A stretch of DNA of 61,425 nt, counting the filler, from Sphacelaria rigidula (taxonomy: Eukaryota), in the NCBI GenBank assembly GCA_964200075.2. It is 5 parts of 5 records of this genome, joined end to end, with 100 filler letters (N's around TTAATTAATTAA, not from the genome) between each part and the next. Parts side by side here need not be neighbours in the genome. Positions count along the whole stretch, not along the records: positions 1 to 12,208 come from CAXNAA020004005.1; positions 12,309 to 24,514 come from CAXNAA020004006.1; 3 more parts are not named here. The stretch is one strand, 5' to 3'. This document shows positions 1 through 12,755 of the stretch, piece by piece. The position numbers and the translations under genes are program-made. The notes beneath the pieces are model-generated. The model was not told where the DNA came from and made no database searches. It saw nothing but the letters and a program-made list of their open reading frames with translations. Position 1 is the first letter of the stretch. Each line of letters opens with the position of its first letter.

Positions 1-3000
1 TTGTAGGGATGCGAGGTCAATGGTCTTATGACTATGGCATGCATGATCATGAGTACACCCCCCCTCCCCTTAAATGCGTGGTCAATGGTCAAACGACTAA
101 GGCAAGCAGCATATGAGTATGCCCCCTCCCCTCAAATTGGGGACCTCCCCTCCCCCCCCTACTGCCCCAGAGTTTTTGGCGACATGGGGGGTCCTGGTGC
201 CGTGATCTCCCGATGTGGGGCCCCTTGATGAGGCTGGCAGGATCCGGTGTTGCCTGCGTACCCGATTGATACCGTGCCCGCTATAAATGTCATCAGACAG
301 TAATATAACGCTGGTATCCACCGTTTCAATGCACACCGCACCCTCAGATTCTGACGCCGCTAAATCTGGGAATATGACACGTTGCTGTGGTACCAGGCAA
401 GACATCCTCCAAGTTCCGGCACCATCACACACGAGGTGCGCCTTTTCTCGACGCCTAATCTTCCAAAACACCGCTTCTATCTCATCGAAAAAGAACACCA
501 CTGAAAATGAAGTGGCGTACAATCTTTCCCGTTCAATAATATGGAGGTGATCTTCATTCGGGAGCCTCACGTAGCGTCATATCCCATTGCAAATGGTCAT
601 GCTCCACGGTGTGAATAGTGCCGAGTGTAGAGAGGGTGACCACATCAGCACAAAAATGTTGCAATAGAGGCAACCAACATGGCTGATACATCCGGATGGC
701 AAAGGACGCCTGTCACTGGGTATATCGGAAGCGCTTAACATACAGAATGTAGCCGACTACCCGATTTCACGAGACGAAATTGGGGCTGTGTGCATGCATC
801 CGGCTGTATCCTACTGACCGACGTGAACCACGCCTCGGCAGCGCTGTAGTACCCACGATCCATCCGTGACAAATGCACACGTGAGAATTGCACTCTGTTG
901 CATTGCGAGACCAAGTGATGCGGTATAAACCTTCCCTAGAGGATACACCACGTGAAATATTGCTCAATGCTTGAAATCTTCACGTAGCGGCCACTAACAG
1001 TCGGAGTCCGAGTCGATTCCAGTATAATGAGACTACAGTAGCCGCCCCCGGGATAGTCATTCTGTCGCACGGTCGGCTACCCTAACACTGGTGCTGTCTA
1101 TGAGAGGATGCTGCCCCCTCGCCGACGAGGGTCACAATTGTCCTTGGCAGAGCACATACTTCGCATTGACCCGGCATCACAGCCGCGTCGGGCGCGAGAC
1201 GGCGGGCAAACGTTGATAACAGCAACTTCACATGTATGAAAAAGCCTCAGCCGTACTTTTTAGCTGTGTTAATACGAGGATCGCTCGATGAGCGGGGGGA
1301 GTTGAACGACCATGATGGAAAGGTTTGTCGCTGCCTCTCGGTCGGTTTGATATCGTACCCTCTATTATTATTATCGGAAAATGAAGAAAATGTTTCGAGT
1401 AATTTGCGAAGGGCTCATGATCATCCCTTCAACCCCCACAGCACCCTGTGCCCCTTGTCCCATCGAACCTGTGTCTTCAACACCCACCCGCGGCATCCAG
1501 CAACGCATACTAAAAGTTTCAGCATCACTAGACGCCAGGTAGCATTCGTCTGAATGCATAACCTTCAAAGATACCGCCTCCATGTTATTGAATGGGAATA
1601 ACACTTCGTGGGACTAGGGGAGCCGGAGTTTGTCGCTGCTTCAGAGTTCACCCCCCATCCCTTTGCGCGCGGATCAATCCAATGGTATTTCGAGAGACTA
1701 ATAATCTCGTAGTATATCGCTTCCTATACCCCTAACGCAACAAATACGGACTCAAGATCATCTGTATTCTATTGCACAAGGTTTGACGGGTTCATCTGAA
1801 CCCTTTGAGCTCCGGCCTCGTTTCGGTATAGTTTTTCGGCTGACATTTCTGCGGGATACCTCGAACCATGTACTGTACTCAAAAGGTTTGAACATCGTGC
1901 AGTGCTGATAGCGCAATACTCTTCGTACTGTCCGCAAACAGAAAAACGTTTTTTTTTGTAGCAGCATGCAGTACAGATAATTCAATCTGTCTGTACTTGT
2001 AGCCAGTAGTCGGCACTGGTTACCAGTAGCTCACGTATTGGTTGTAACCATCGTTGGTTTGGTTGGGTATTTGATTTTGGAGTGAACATATATTGGGATA
2101 TTCAGAGGAAGTTGTGCGTCCCAAATGTTCCTAGCTTGCCCGGAACGTGCTTTATCCAAATCGGCGCTGCCTATTTGAGGTTTGTCGACAGACGTTTTGC
2201 CTAGAGCAACCTTTGGATAACCCTTGCCCGAGGATTCTCATATGCCTTGGTCGGGTTTAGGGTCAGGGTTAGGGTTAGGGTTGAAATCAGCGTTTGCTCA
2301 CAATCAGAAATTTCCAAGAACGCTCTGTGAACCATGCTTTGCGAACAATGCGCAAACAGGGCTCCTGGATCCTTACAGAAGGGTGCAAAAAAAATCGAAC
2401 AAGCAGCACTACCGCGGTGTGCGGACAAGAGATCCGTACTGGCACCGCGATGCATGCGGTGATTCGAGGGAGATGGTGAGTGATGGTAACCCCACAACCA
2501 CTGGCGAGAAGCCGCTGCTTGCCTGTGTTTACTACGGGCATGATTTATGCGACGAAGCGTGGACGGCGAACCACTGAGGGTCGCCGTCAGAGAATACAGG
2601 ACGAGACACCGCGCGGTGTCCTCCGTCACCGCTCTCATCCAGTCGAAGTTGCACTGGGAATAGTCATCACGCATTCGCACACAAGACCGTGGCTGCAAAG
2701 ATGGCCAAATGTGATGTTGGACGTACGTGCCAAAACGTGATCAGATTTGCTCGATGCCTCCGTGACGGCCGGAGTTGTCAGATGGACCCCTTCAAACAGC
2801 AAATAAATGGCCCATCTGGCTTTATCTTGTCTTTCGTGTACCTTGATTTCACGCACTTACCTCTGATAACACCCGGTTCCGCAGAAATTCGGGATCCTGA
2901 ACCCCTCAACCGCATAATGTCATGTTTTGAGCATGGCCATAGTCGCCGTTTTCCGCGTACCTTTGTGGGGGTCCATTTAGGGTCCTTTCCGGCGCTCAAC

Positions 3001-3323
3001 GGGTTGAACGTTGTGAGCTTAACACCTTGCTTCAAGTCCCATGATGTGTCGGAAATGTTGGCTCGAATCCCGCTGACTGTACGTTAATGAAAACTGTGCC
3101 TACGCAGTCACGTGCTTGATACCGCTGCCCTGATATCAAGCGGAGAAATGTGCAACCCTGTGTAGCGTATTGAAATAAGAAAGACGCGAACGTAATCTAA
3201 AGACCATTAAAGTTTCATTGCAAGAGTTTGGTGAGATTTCGTTAATGTCGTGAATTAAACAAAGCAACATTGGTTGGACAACCTCACAAATACCGGGACG
3301 TCAAAGCGTGTTTGACTGAGCTT

Positions 3324-3337
3324 TAATAATAATAATA

Positions 3338-3390
<53 letters not shown>

Positions 3391-3546
3391 AATGATAATG
3401 ATGATGATAATAATAAATGATAATAATAATAATCATAATAATCATAATCATAATAGTAATCATAATAATAATGATACTGATAATGATAATGATAATGATA
3501 ATGATGATGACAATCATGATAATGATGATGATGATGATGATGATGA
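3324..3546. repeat. Compound (AAT)n/(GAT)n trinucleotide microsatellite
   Basis: Directly visible; it produces the spurious poly-M/D/N/I/H ORFs in the track. Confidence 0.97.
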
Positions 3547-4876
3547 GAATATAGCCCGTATCCAACACTGACTATTCAGTGCTATACTGGCTTTCAAACA
3601 CCAACAAATGCTGGCCGACACCGACAGTGACCACCTCCAACAGACCTTTTTGTTCGTCACTGGGCCACGGTTGCTAAAGGGTCAAGCACGTTGGTTATAC
3701 CGTCGATTCCTGGCAGTTTGCTCGCGCTGGCAAAAGAGCTATTGAAATCAGCAAACGAACACAGCACAGTTGATGCGCGTCCGTCGGCAGTGCTGCACGT
3801 CCATAGGAAACGTTCAGGTGGATACCTCCGTTTGGTTGGTATTCGTGTTCTAGTGTCGATACACTTTCGGTTCAAGGTCGTCTTGAGCCTTGAGCACAAC
3901 CGGCAATTCGTCCAAGCATGTCACCACATCAGTATCTATCCACTTATGCACCCAAGGGCGCACCGCACCATGCGTGCGCCATCATCACGGTTGTACAGTA
4001 AGCACGGGCGGTACGCTGCGTCCTGGACGATACACCCGTGAATGGGTTGTGCCTGCACCGTATCGACCGAAAAGAACGCTTCAACAATTCCCAGCACGCT
4101 CAATCAAAACGCGAAATCATCATCACGTTCGCACGCCGCTGGCGTCCCCGAGTCCTCTCTCCCCAACCCGGTGCGCCCGGGTGTGTCACTAAACGTGCAA
4201 GGCTGGTATGCACAAGTCTCCTCTACCTCTGTCCCACAAGCCGACTTCTGCCTCTTCTTTTCCCCTGAAGCCATGCTCTTTTCCATCTGACTTCACTCAT
4301 GTCCATCCATCAGTAGACCCCGCTGACGGACCCTGCGTGTCCCCAGAGCTCGACGCGCGCCTCTGGGAACGGCTGCGATCGAGGTATCCCCGGATCTTCT
4401 TCGTAAGGAGTTCTTCCAATTGCTTTCCCCAGTCCGCAATGGTTTCAGCGAGCTACAGTGTGCGGTTTTTAGTGATGGATGAGGCATGGGTCGTGGAGAC
4501 AGTATGTTCAGGGGTAGTGTCGCGGAGGTAGTTAGTTTTGTAGTATTTTGCTCGGGCATGCACCAGACCATTTTTCCCGCCGTGTTCTCGCCCGAAAAGC
4601 TGAGAATATCCTGCTCGACCTTTTCGGTAGTGAGCAAATAAATGAAGGCGAGGAAGTGAAGGGACTGGGCGCATGAAGGGTGCGGACGTATCGGATCGAT
4701 TTCGCAATTCCACCGTCCATTGTCCCAGTGTGTAACATACCGCAATATAGAATTCGTAGTCACGAGAGTACATAGGGCTCTTCTAGTCTGCGTGAGATTT
4801 TTGCCACGCGAACGTCGTCGACGTTCTCAACCAACACCTTCAGACGGGTTTGCATCATAGGATGGTTTATCACTTG

Positions 4877-5175
4877 CAAGGGTAGGTCGAGTAGAGGATA
4901 CTCAGTACTCGGTATTTTTTCAAAGCAATACTTATTAGTACCCAAAATTCGAGTCGAGTATTTGAGGTCGTACTCAATCTACCCAAAATATGAGTGGAGT
5001 ATTTGAGGTCGAGCACAAGTGATGCTCTATACTCAAGTATTACTGAGAGTACTTATCCGAAATTTGAGTAGAGTATTCGAAATCGTACCTAATCTACCCG
5101 GAAATTGAGTAGAGTGAATTATCGGGTATTTTACCCGAATATTCAAAATCACAAACTCTACTCGACCTGCCGTTG
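4877..5175. mobile_element. hAT-like MITE (299 bp)
   Basis: 20-bp TIRs CAAGGGTAGGTCGAGTAGAG / CTCTACTCGACCTGCCGTTG (2 mismatches). 8-bp flanking duplication ATCACTTG (4869-4876) / ACCACTTG (5176-5183). Internal GAGTAGAGTA/TACTC repeats. Confidence 0.8.
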
Positions 5176-5225
5176 ACCACTTGCATTTCCTCCGTCTGGT
5201 TCCCGTCGGGCGATTTGGCGCACAG

Positions 5226-8200
5226 GCGATCAACCATGGGCTCTCTTCAGCACTTTTGCGAAACGTGGTGTCTAAAGGCCGGGAGATGTTCGCCCTGCCG
5301 AAGGAGGTCAAGGCCGAAATAAAGGTGGTGGGAAAAGAGTGCACTTGTCCGCGTTCTTCTACAGTATGCAGCTCATGTCATTACCCTCGTGCCTGGCATT
5401 TGTCCTGTGACAGTATGACCGTAACAACGTTTTCGTAAGATTGAGAGTAGCGCGCTGATTGAGAGTGGCTTTCATCATTCGCTATGACTTAGCCAATTTT
5501 TCATTCCGTGTGTGCTTTTCTTTGCCTCCATCACTAGCGTGAGCTCACAGCTACGCGTCGATATCCTACTCAGGGGTATTAAGGGCCTCAGTGGCAAGCT
5601 ACTACATAAAGCATATCGGGCCTCGTGGAGGGGCATTTCGGAACTGAAAGAATTCATTCACTAATTGACCGCTTTTCACTCTCAATCGTATCCTCTACTC
5701 TCGATTTCACGAAAACACTGTTCCGTGTCGACCATATCGCTTGCAGACCAGCTCGCAGCCGTGTTTATTTTGTGGGAGACGTTTGCTGAATGGCAGTTCA
5801 TGGCTGCACTCATATCTTGTGGCCACTTTGCCCTCAGTCTAAGAGCACCACCGATGTGTGCGTTTGTTTTGTAGGCTTTTTCATGAGCGTGCTTTTTTTT
5901 TGTCCACCCAGAAGTCTGTGCTGACTGCAAGTTGTGCTGCTGTGCCTCGCGTGGCATCAAGTCTCACTTCACACCTTGAGGAAAACGCGCCAATATGTAT
6001 TGGACAACGTCCACGCGTCCTCGAGGAGTGTGGTAAAGGTGTTGCCTGTATTGGTGGATAGGGTAAAGATTTAAGTCGACCGCTCATACCAGCGTTGGCT
6101 ACAGGGAATGGATTTAGCGTACACATTGCCTCGACTGTAGATCAACATGGATGGGCTCACCCGCACTATCCCCTGTGAATGAAAGGGCTGAGTTGATCGC
6201 AGTGGATGATGGCAAATATGTGTGCCGATGAGTTGACGCGTATAAAAATCTTGATAAATATCCACGGCCCTCAAACCTGAGGAATGGGTGCATGTGCTGC
6301 GAGGGCCAGCATGGAGATGAAGTGGTGCTCCTTTGTTACCCTGACTTCTAGCAGCCACTCATCTTGTGCTCGATGCCCCCTGATCATGTACTCTGCATCC
6401 GCCGTTGGAATCACTCGACACAAACATGCTTTGTCATGCCCCGTCACCCACTCCCTACTCGCCAACGCAAAATGTGCATTTGTTGCACCCCAGCGGACGG
6501 AGAAGAATGCTTTCGGCTGGTTCGACGACGAGCTGACGAAGCAAACGCAGGATTGGAAGGAAGGATTTGACGTTGGACACGTTCCTGCGCCTGAACTGCC
6601 GCCAGATCACCCATCTAATATCGTTGCCGAAGGATACAACCAATGGCCGTCACCGGAAGCGGTCCATGACTTCAAGGTGCGAAGGAAGGAGTATATCGCG
6701 GGTGTAACTCATGATCCCCGTAGGCAATTGGTGTTGCAGCATGTCATGGTATATATCGCTCGCCGGCGGCGGTTGTTTCAACCTATCTAGATTCTCTGTA
6801 GAGACAAGGTCCTGAGTCGTGGAAGAAGATAACTTGATGAGTGTGGACGTATCTCGACGATTCATTGGACCAACACCGGTTGCAGTGCCACCTGTACCGT
6901 ACTTTTCGGGAGACAAAATACGAAGGAAGGCTTTTGCCATACGCATTGGAGACTACGATTGGTGGAAATTTGAGCGTGTGCCAGGAATCCTGGAGTGGAG
7001 GCAAATCGATATCGTGAGACTGGCGTGCAAATGGGGAAAATGATTCTCGGGATGTGAAATTGTCTCGTTGGAAAGGGATGAAAATATACAGATGCTGTGA
7101 GGCAGGCGTGACACGGTTGAGCGGGACGTGTTGTGATGGGCAGCATTCGGGCGCGATCGATTCCCGTTTATCGTTCTGTGGCTGGAAAAACGGTTAGCGG
7201 TATCTGGGGTGATTGAAAACGACCGGCATCTTCACGTGTCTTCCGCCCACCAAGTTCCGTTTACCGAAATGTCCCTTTGTACTTGGCCAAAAACCCCTGG
7301 GATCACAAGTGGCTACCCACGATATTGTTGACTTGAGCGCAATACCTATCTCCGTCGTCATCGGATAACAGTGCCACAAGCCCGAGCCGGGTGATGGATC
7401 AACGTGGGGTATGGGGGTGAGCAGTTGCGGCGCGCGTGTGGGTCCGTTGTTGCGTGCAGAGACTGGGATTGTCACATATACACTGAGGGGGAAAAAATGT
7501 CCCAGGGATAGACCCTCTTCCAGGAGAATGGCATACCTCTGGTGACGGAGTTACGAACGACGGTTGGGTCGTGAGTTCAAATTTCGGAGCGATCTAGGAT
7601 ATTTTCTCACACAATGCTCAACAGTGGAGAGCGACTGTGTCGTGGGTACACAAAATTTGACTTCACGGTCGATGAGGAAAAGGAAGTGCTGAACCCCTCC
7701 TGCGATAAAAAATAAAGGCAAGCACCGCAGAAGGAAAATGGAGAAGTACAAAAAAAAAAAAAAAACTCCTGTGTTGACATTCCTCCTGTGTGATCCCGGC
7801 TGGTGCGCCCACACATACTGAAATATGTAGACCGGCGTCCAGAATAGATAGGACAACAACACACGTGGGCGTTTTTGGATACAGGAGTGGCCTGGGAAAA
7901 TCACGTGTTGCGTTGTCACGTGCTTTTCCTCGGCATTTTATTCTCGTCTATTATGTGTCTACGGTGATGCAGGGAAGGTGTGTGGGAGGCAAAACAAGAT
8001 GCCATTGAAAGAGGAATGATAGTGGGACCGACTGCCCGTTTGATCCTTGACCCCCTTGGCACCATGCGCCACCTGTCGACCGTCCTACGCAGGAAACAAT
8101 GGACGCGTTTTACGCCGGTGCGACGACAGTATCCGAGCGAATACTTCAGGGACTGGCGTCCAGCCTAGGACTGCCGGGAGGGCACTTCGATCCTTTTTTC

Positions 8201-9643
8201 CAACCGCACACGTCCTTCCTGAGATTAAACTATTATCCGCCCTGCCCAGAACCGTGCGATTCGCTCTCGGTGAACCGGCACTCTGACGCGGGAGCTCTGA
8301 CCGTCCTGCTACAGGAAGACGGTGTTACATCATTACAGGTGCAGTGTACAGCAGTCGCGCCTCGGGGGCCTAATGGTGCGAATGAATTCATGGGGGTCGA
8401 AAGAACGCGGGTTCGATTCCTGTCAGATTCATTGTTTTTTTCTGCAAATGATCTGATTTTCGTCGTTGAAAGCGTGAAGACGTAAGTAACAACAAGGTTT
8501 TGTTTGACCGAGTTTGTTTGACGAGAGTTGACGCGGTGCGAGGGTGCTCGGTCGTGATCCAATCCGCGAGAATAGAAGGCAAGGCGTGGACGGGGGAGAT
8601 ATGGCCTGACCCCTTGATACCATTAGACCACGGGCTCGTCCCAAGGAAGGGAAGGGTTTGAAAATGTGACTCGAAAAAAAGTGCGATGTGGAGTAGTATT
8701 CATTTTTCGCGCCCGATATTCTGTCATGCTGTTTTAGCCCGCTCCGAGTTTGTCTGTTCGGTGTCACTAGTACGAGTTACATCGCAATGTTTGGACAGGG
8801 TGTGCTTGAACAGCAGATGAACAAAAGGGCTTGATGGATCGAAGATTCCGTGTAATAATCGCCGTGAAATGTTCTACATCCGATGGTGAAGGTTCAGCTG
8901 CCACCTGTACAAAAACGATGATGTGGTGTATTTTTTAACGGGCTGGTGTGATCCTTCGGTGTTGTCATATCACGTGGAAAATTCTGCGTATATGATCATT
9001 CCGCGGCGAGGATGTGATTATAGTACGGAGTGTTGCAGACCTTAACGGGACGGCCTACCATACGTGTGCGTTCACGGTTCCCATCCTCGCGCGGGTTTTC
9101 TGCTTGTCAATGTGGCAGGTGAACCACCAATCCACGGGGCGGTGGGTGTCCATTCCTCCAGTGGAGGACGCCCTCACAATCAACGTCGGCGACATGTAAG
9201 GCATGGTGTTACGCGTGTGCTGGTGATGTGGCGATTTTTCCCGATGATCGGATTGCCTTGGCGATCCGTTGTTGTTCGCATTCTTGTTCGTGGCAATATT
9301 CACATGATTCACATCAACTAATCCGCCACGAATCAAGTCTTGGTCGTAGGATAGACATACCCGAGGTGGGTGAACGGGATAATTTTACTAGAGGAAAAGC
9401 TTCGGAAGAGGGGCTCGCCGTAGTATCATATTCCCGCCTCTGGCGGGAGGTGTAGCGTCTTCTTTCGATCGGCTTCAATTTCATTTCACCGCACCCAAGC
9501 CATTCCCCTCACACTTGAATATTTGCCATTACGGTGAGCAGGCTTCAAGTGTGGAGTAACGATCGCTTCCGGGCGCCGGAGCACCGCGTGCTTAGTCAAA
9601 CGGACCGCGACCGCTTTTCCGCGCCGTTCTTCTACAACCCAGC
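5226..9643 (+). CDS. 2-oxoglutarate/Fe(II)-dependent dioxygenase (DIOX_N + 2OG-FeII_Oxy, IPNS/GA20ox-like), spliced, partial
   Basis: Phase-consistent AG/GT-bounded exons: 5226-5324 (AINHGLSS..FALPKEVKAEIK), 6494-6676 (RTEKNAFGWFDDELTKQTQDWKEGFDVG..NQWP), 8093-8338 (FLRLNYYPPC..NRHSDAGALTVLLQ), 9119-9195 (WVSIPPVEDALTINVGD), 9542-9643 (MLQVWSNDRFRAPEHRV..RFSAPFFYNP). The HxD..H iron triad and RxS motif are intact. First and last exons were not located. Confidence 0.92.
7648..7865 (+). repeat. Dispersed non-coding repeat, copy 1 (copy 2 at 13028-13235)
   Basis: Shares CACAAAATT..GCTGAACCCCTC..AAGGCAAGCACCGCAGA..TGTAGAC.GGCGTCCAGAATAGAT with 13028-13235 on another contig. Confidence 0.85.
8359..8441 (+). 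mobile_element. tRNA-like SINE head / Pol III promoter remnant in intron
   Basis: A-box-like GGCCTAATGG (~8367), B box GGTTCGATTCC (8410-8420), followed by a T-run. No complete cloverleaf seen. Confidence 0.5.
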
Positions 9644-10514
9644 GTAAGTTTGCCGAACAACATCGTCCCGTTCTGTTTTCGCGTCGGTACTGGCTGAATC
9701 TCGCTGGGCCAAGCGTCGGTTGTCTCGAGTCACCGTGCACGATTGCTTCGTACAGAGGCTGGTAGGCGTTCGTGTCAAGGGGCGGAAAAATGAAGTGGCG
9801 AGAGGCCTAGCGCCGTGGTTATTTCTAGACCCCTGAATGGGGCGAAACCGTCTACCAGAGGAAGGTGGATTACTTGGTACCGTGCACGTCTGACGTACTT
9901 GTCCTTTTCTCGGCCGGTATATATACCAGGCGGAAGCGCCGACTCTTACCAATCGATCTACCTTAGTCGTCGGACGCCAGGCCTCTTTTCGAAATTTACT
10001 CGACTGGCCTTCAACACCGGGACCCCCGGCAGTAAAACTGAGAGTTTGCTCTGTGCTTGCGATCGCCACTGTGCTCTCGGTGACACAACAACTTGCGTTT
10101 CGTGCTACCGAACCGTTAACTTGTAAAATATATTGCGCGAAACCGTTTCCTTCCTCACATTGTGCTAATGTTCCACCTAGGATCCATCCCAGGCGTGTCG
10201 AGCGACCCGGAGATTGAAATAAAAATGGATATACCCGCTGTATTGGTGTTGGTAGTAGTGTGTGGGGCTCATGCCTTGTTGTCCCGAATAGTTGGAAGCC
10301 TTGAAGTGGGCATTGGCCGGAGGATGATCGGCATAAACCTCAAAGTGAAGGTCCCACGTCGTCAACTTCTGTTCGACGTATCCGTTTTCTGTCCGAACGT
10401 TCTATTACAACCGTTCTCCGGATTGGTGGTCTAACTGTTGCGACGTTAGGCAAGGAAGGAAACAAACAGAAAGGGGAAGGGGGAGGCGGGAATGCCGCCG
10501 CTGTTCCGAATCTA

Positions 10515-11170
10515 ACTTGAATGTTCAGGTTGAAAATTGAAGCTTCAAGTTGAGAGTCGGGAGCTTCGAGTTGAACGTACGTACCAACCCTTTTGGAACC
10601 CATTGACGATTTTTGTTATTGTGAATCGGCATTATTTTAAGTCATTCTCAAATCAAAATAATGCCGATTCACAATAACAAAATTTGTCAATGGGTTCCCA
10701 AAAGGCTAAAGCCTCGACCTTCATTTGGCAGCTTGCCGGTTCAACAGAGGGTTCAACTTTGAAAATTGCGGCTTATATTTGAGACCCCGCGCCTCAAGTT
10801 AAAGCCCCCACACTTCACTTAAATCTCCAAGGTAGAAGTGGGAGCTGTAGCTCGAACCCTCAATTCAATGGCCCACCATTGTTCAACAGCCTCAATGTCA
10901 GGGTGAACCTTCAATTGAAGTTGAAGCCGCAACCTGAATGTGAAGCGTCCATGTTGAAGCTTCAAGCTAATGGTTGACCTTCCAATTGAATCCTCGATTT
11001 TTGACCAATCTGCAAGTTGAACCTCTCATTCAGAGGCTCGACTTTCAACTTGAGTCAAGTTGAAAGTCGAATCTTCAAGGCCAAAGTCCAGGCCTTAACT
11101 TGAAGTCAGCGCGCTCAAGTTGAAGGCCGAGGTGTTCAGGCTCACGGGATCGGGCGTTCGAGTTGAGGGT
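10515..11170. repeat. Degenerate repeat region rich in TTGAA/TTCAA short palindromic motifs (probable non-autonomous TE)
   Basis: Many GTTGAAGCTTCAA and AACTTGAGTCAAGTT-type motifs; a related patch lies at about 12030-12120. Confidence 0.6.
10586..10706. repeat. Near-perfect ~50-bp-stem inverted repeat (piggyBac-like mini-MITE or hairpin RNA)
   Basis: GGAACCCATTGACGATTTTTGTTATTGTGAATCGGCATTATTTT, 16-nt loop, then AAAATAATGCCGATTCACAATAACAAAATTTGTCAATGGGTTCC (2 mismatches in 44 bp). Outer ends CCCTTTT/AAAAGG. Confidence 0.85.
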
Positions 11171-12208
11171 GCCGACTCTCGGACTGTGTCTTCTCAAAAA
11201 CATTTCGACTCGCACGAGTTCATGCGGCGAAATTGATTCAGTTCGTTTTGCTGTGTATGGGTCCGACCGAATTAGCACGCTTTGGATCGAAAAGGCGAAG
11301 CGAAATTCGTGAAGCGGTACTTTTTTACTTGTATTCAATACAGACAGCACTACAGACCGTAACAGACAGTTCTAATTAACTGTGCATAGTGTGTTTCGTA
11401 TAGGCGTGATGTGGAAAAGAAGCGGGCAGCGTGACATACAGACAGCAGACAGCAGAGCTGTCTGTACTCTCTGCGTAGAGGAGGATCGTGAAGAAGATTT
11501 GAAACTGCAGTTTTGCTCTGCCTCTACTGTCCATGAGTGTGTGAGCGGTTCGGTCGCCCACCCTAACACGCAACTCCCTCAGTGGACCCCACAACAAAAT
11601 TAGGTGTCCAGGTTTTCGCCAACAAAAAAGAAACACATCATGCCAAGAGGGTGGTGGTGTTGGTTCCTTATCACTGCAGTGTATGTATCCCTATGCTCAG
11701 TTCGTGATGTATGCTGCAGGGTTGAGTCGGTAGCTGCGAATGAACCACGTGGGTTTTGCATAGTGCTATGGAAGGGTGGTATCTGGCATGGTTGTCTGCA
11801 GCATAGGAGTCATGTGCCCCTTCATTTGTTTCCGCCGCTTGTTTTCAACTGAAAAAGCTGAGCATTGCTGTTTCCCACCCTGCCCGTCGCGCGAAAATAA
11901 CTTTAAAATGGACTTGAAGCCATCCTAGAACATGAATGCCGTGAACGTATGAGATACGAGCTAATCACGACCAATTCGATTCGACGGAATGTTTTCGGGT
12001 CGAAAAACTAATGATAAAGACGTGGCCTCAATTTGAACCTCTGATATTCAACTTCAACCTTTCCTCGAACCTGCGACCCTCATGTCGAGCCCCCAAACGC
12101 TCGAGTTGAAGCTTCAGTTTTTCCTAAGCTATTATTGCGGATTGTAGGACTAATGTGCGGAAATAATGATAATGATGATGATGATAATAATAATAATAAT
12201 AATAATAA

Positions 12209-12308
12209 NNNNNNNNNNNNNNNNNNNNNNNNNNNNNNNNNNNNNNNNNNNNTTAATTAATTAANNNNNNNNNNNNNNNNNNNNNNNNNNNNNNNNNNNN
12301 NNNNNNNN
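12209..12308. other. Artificial contig linker (N44-TTAATTAATTAA-N44)
   Basis: The same 100-bp structure occurs four times and places stop codons in all six frames. Confidence 0.98.
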
Positions 12309-12370
12309 AAATTATAATTAAAAAACAAAAAAAAAAGACAAAAAAAAATAAAAAAAAAAAAAAAAAAATA

Positions 12371-12755
12371 GGCCCTCAGTTTTTTTTTGGGGGGGGGGGA
12401 GAGGTTCGGGCGTTCTCGTAGAAAAATGGTCGTTTCCATACTAAAAACGCTGTAAACCAATGAAAAAAAAATAATCTGACCCACTATGTTTCGTCACTTA
12501 TGCCGTAGCCACGGCCCACACAAAGTTTTAATACACAAACACCAAACGTGGGCCGGTAAGTGGCCTGCAGAGTACTGTTCCGAATTTCTTCTGATCCCGT
12601 CACTAAGCGGCTCATTGTACGACCAATATCTAGAATTGGACCCTAAAATTTGGTATGGACACTGAATAGGGCATAATAAAAACAAATACCAGTGCACACA
12701 AGTTTTTCTTCATGAGTTAAGGGCAACAATCATTTTTCAGGTACCAGTAAAATGT
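12371..12755 (+). repeat. Dispersed AT-rich repeat (MITE-like), copy 1 (copy 2 at 48417-48848)
   Basis: Colinear similarity from GGCCCTCAGTTTTT to CAGGTA.CAGTAAAATGT with 48417-48848. Confidence 0.88.

Noticed and set aside
97..570. 157-aa minus-strand ORF as a transposase fragment
   Set aside because: No motif I could assign with confidence.
3323..3571. Poly-Met/His/Ile/Asp ORFs
   Set aside because: Translation artefacts of a trinucleotide microsatellite.
8359..8441. Functional tRNA gene
   Set aside because: A/B-box-like motifs are present, but I could not build an acceptor stem or anticodon arm.
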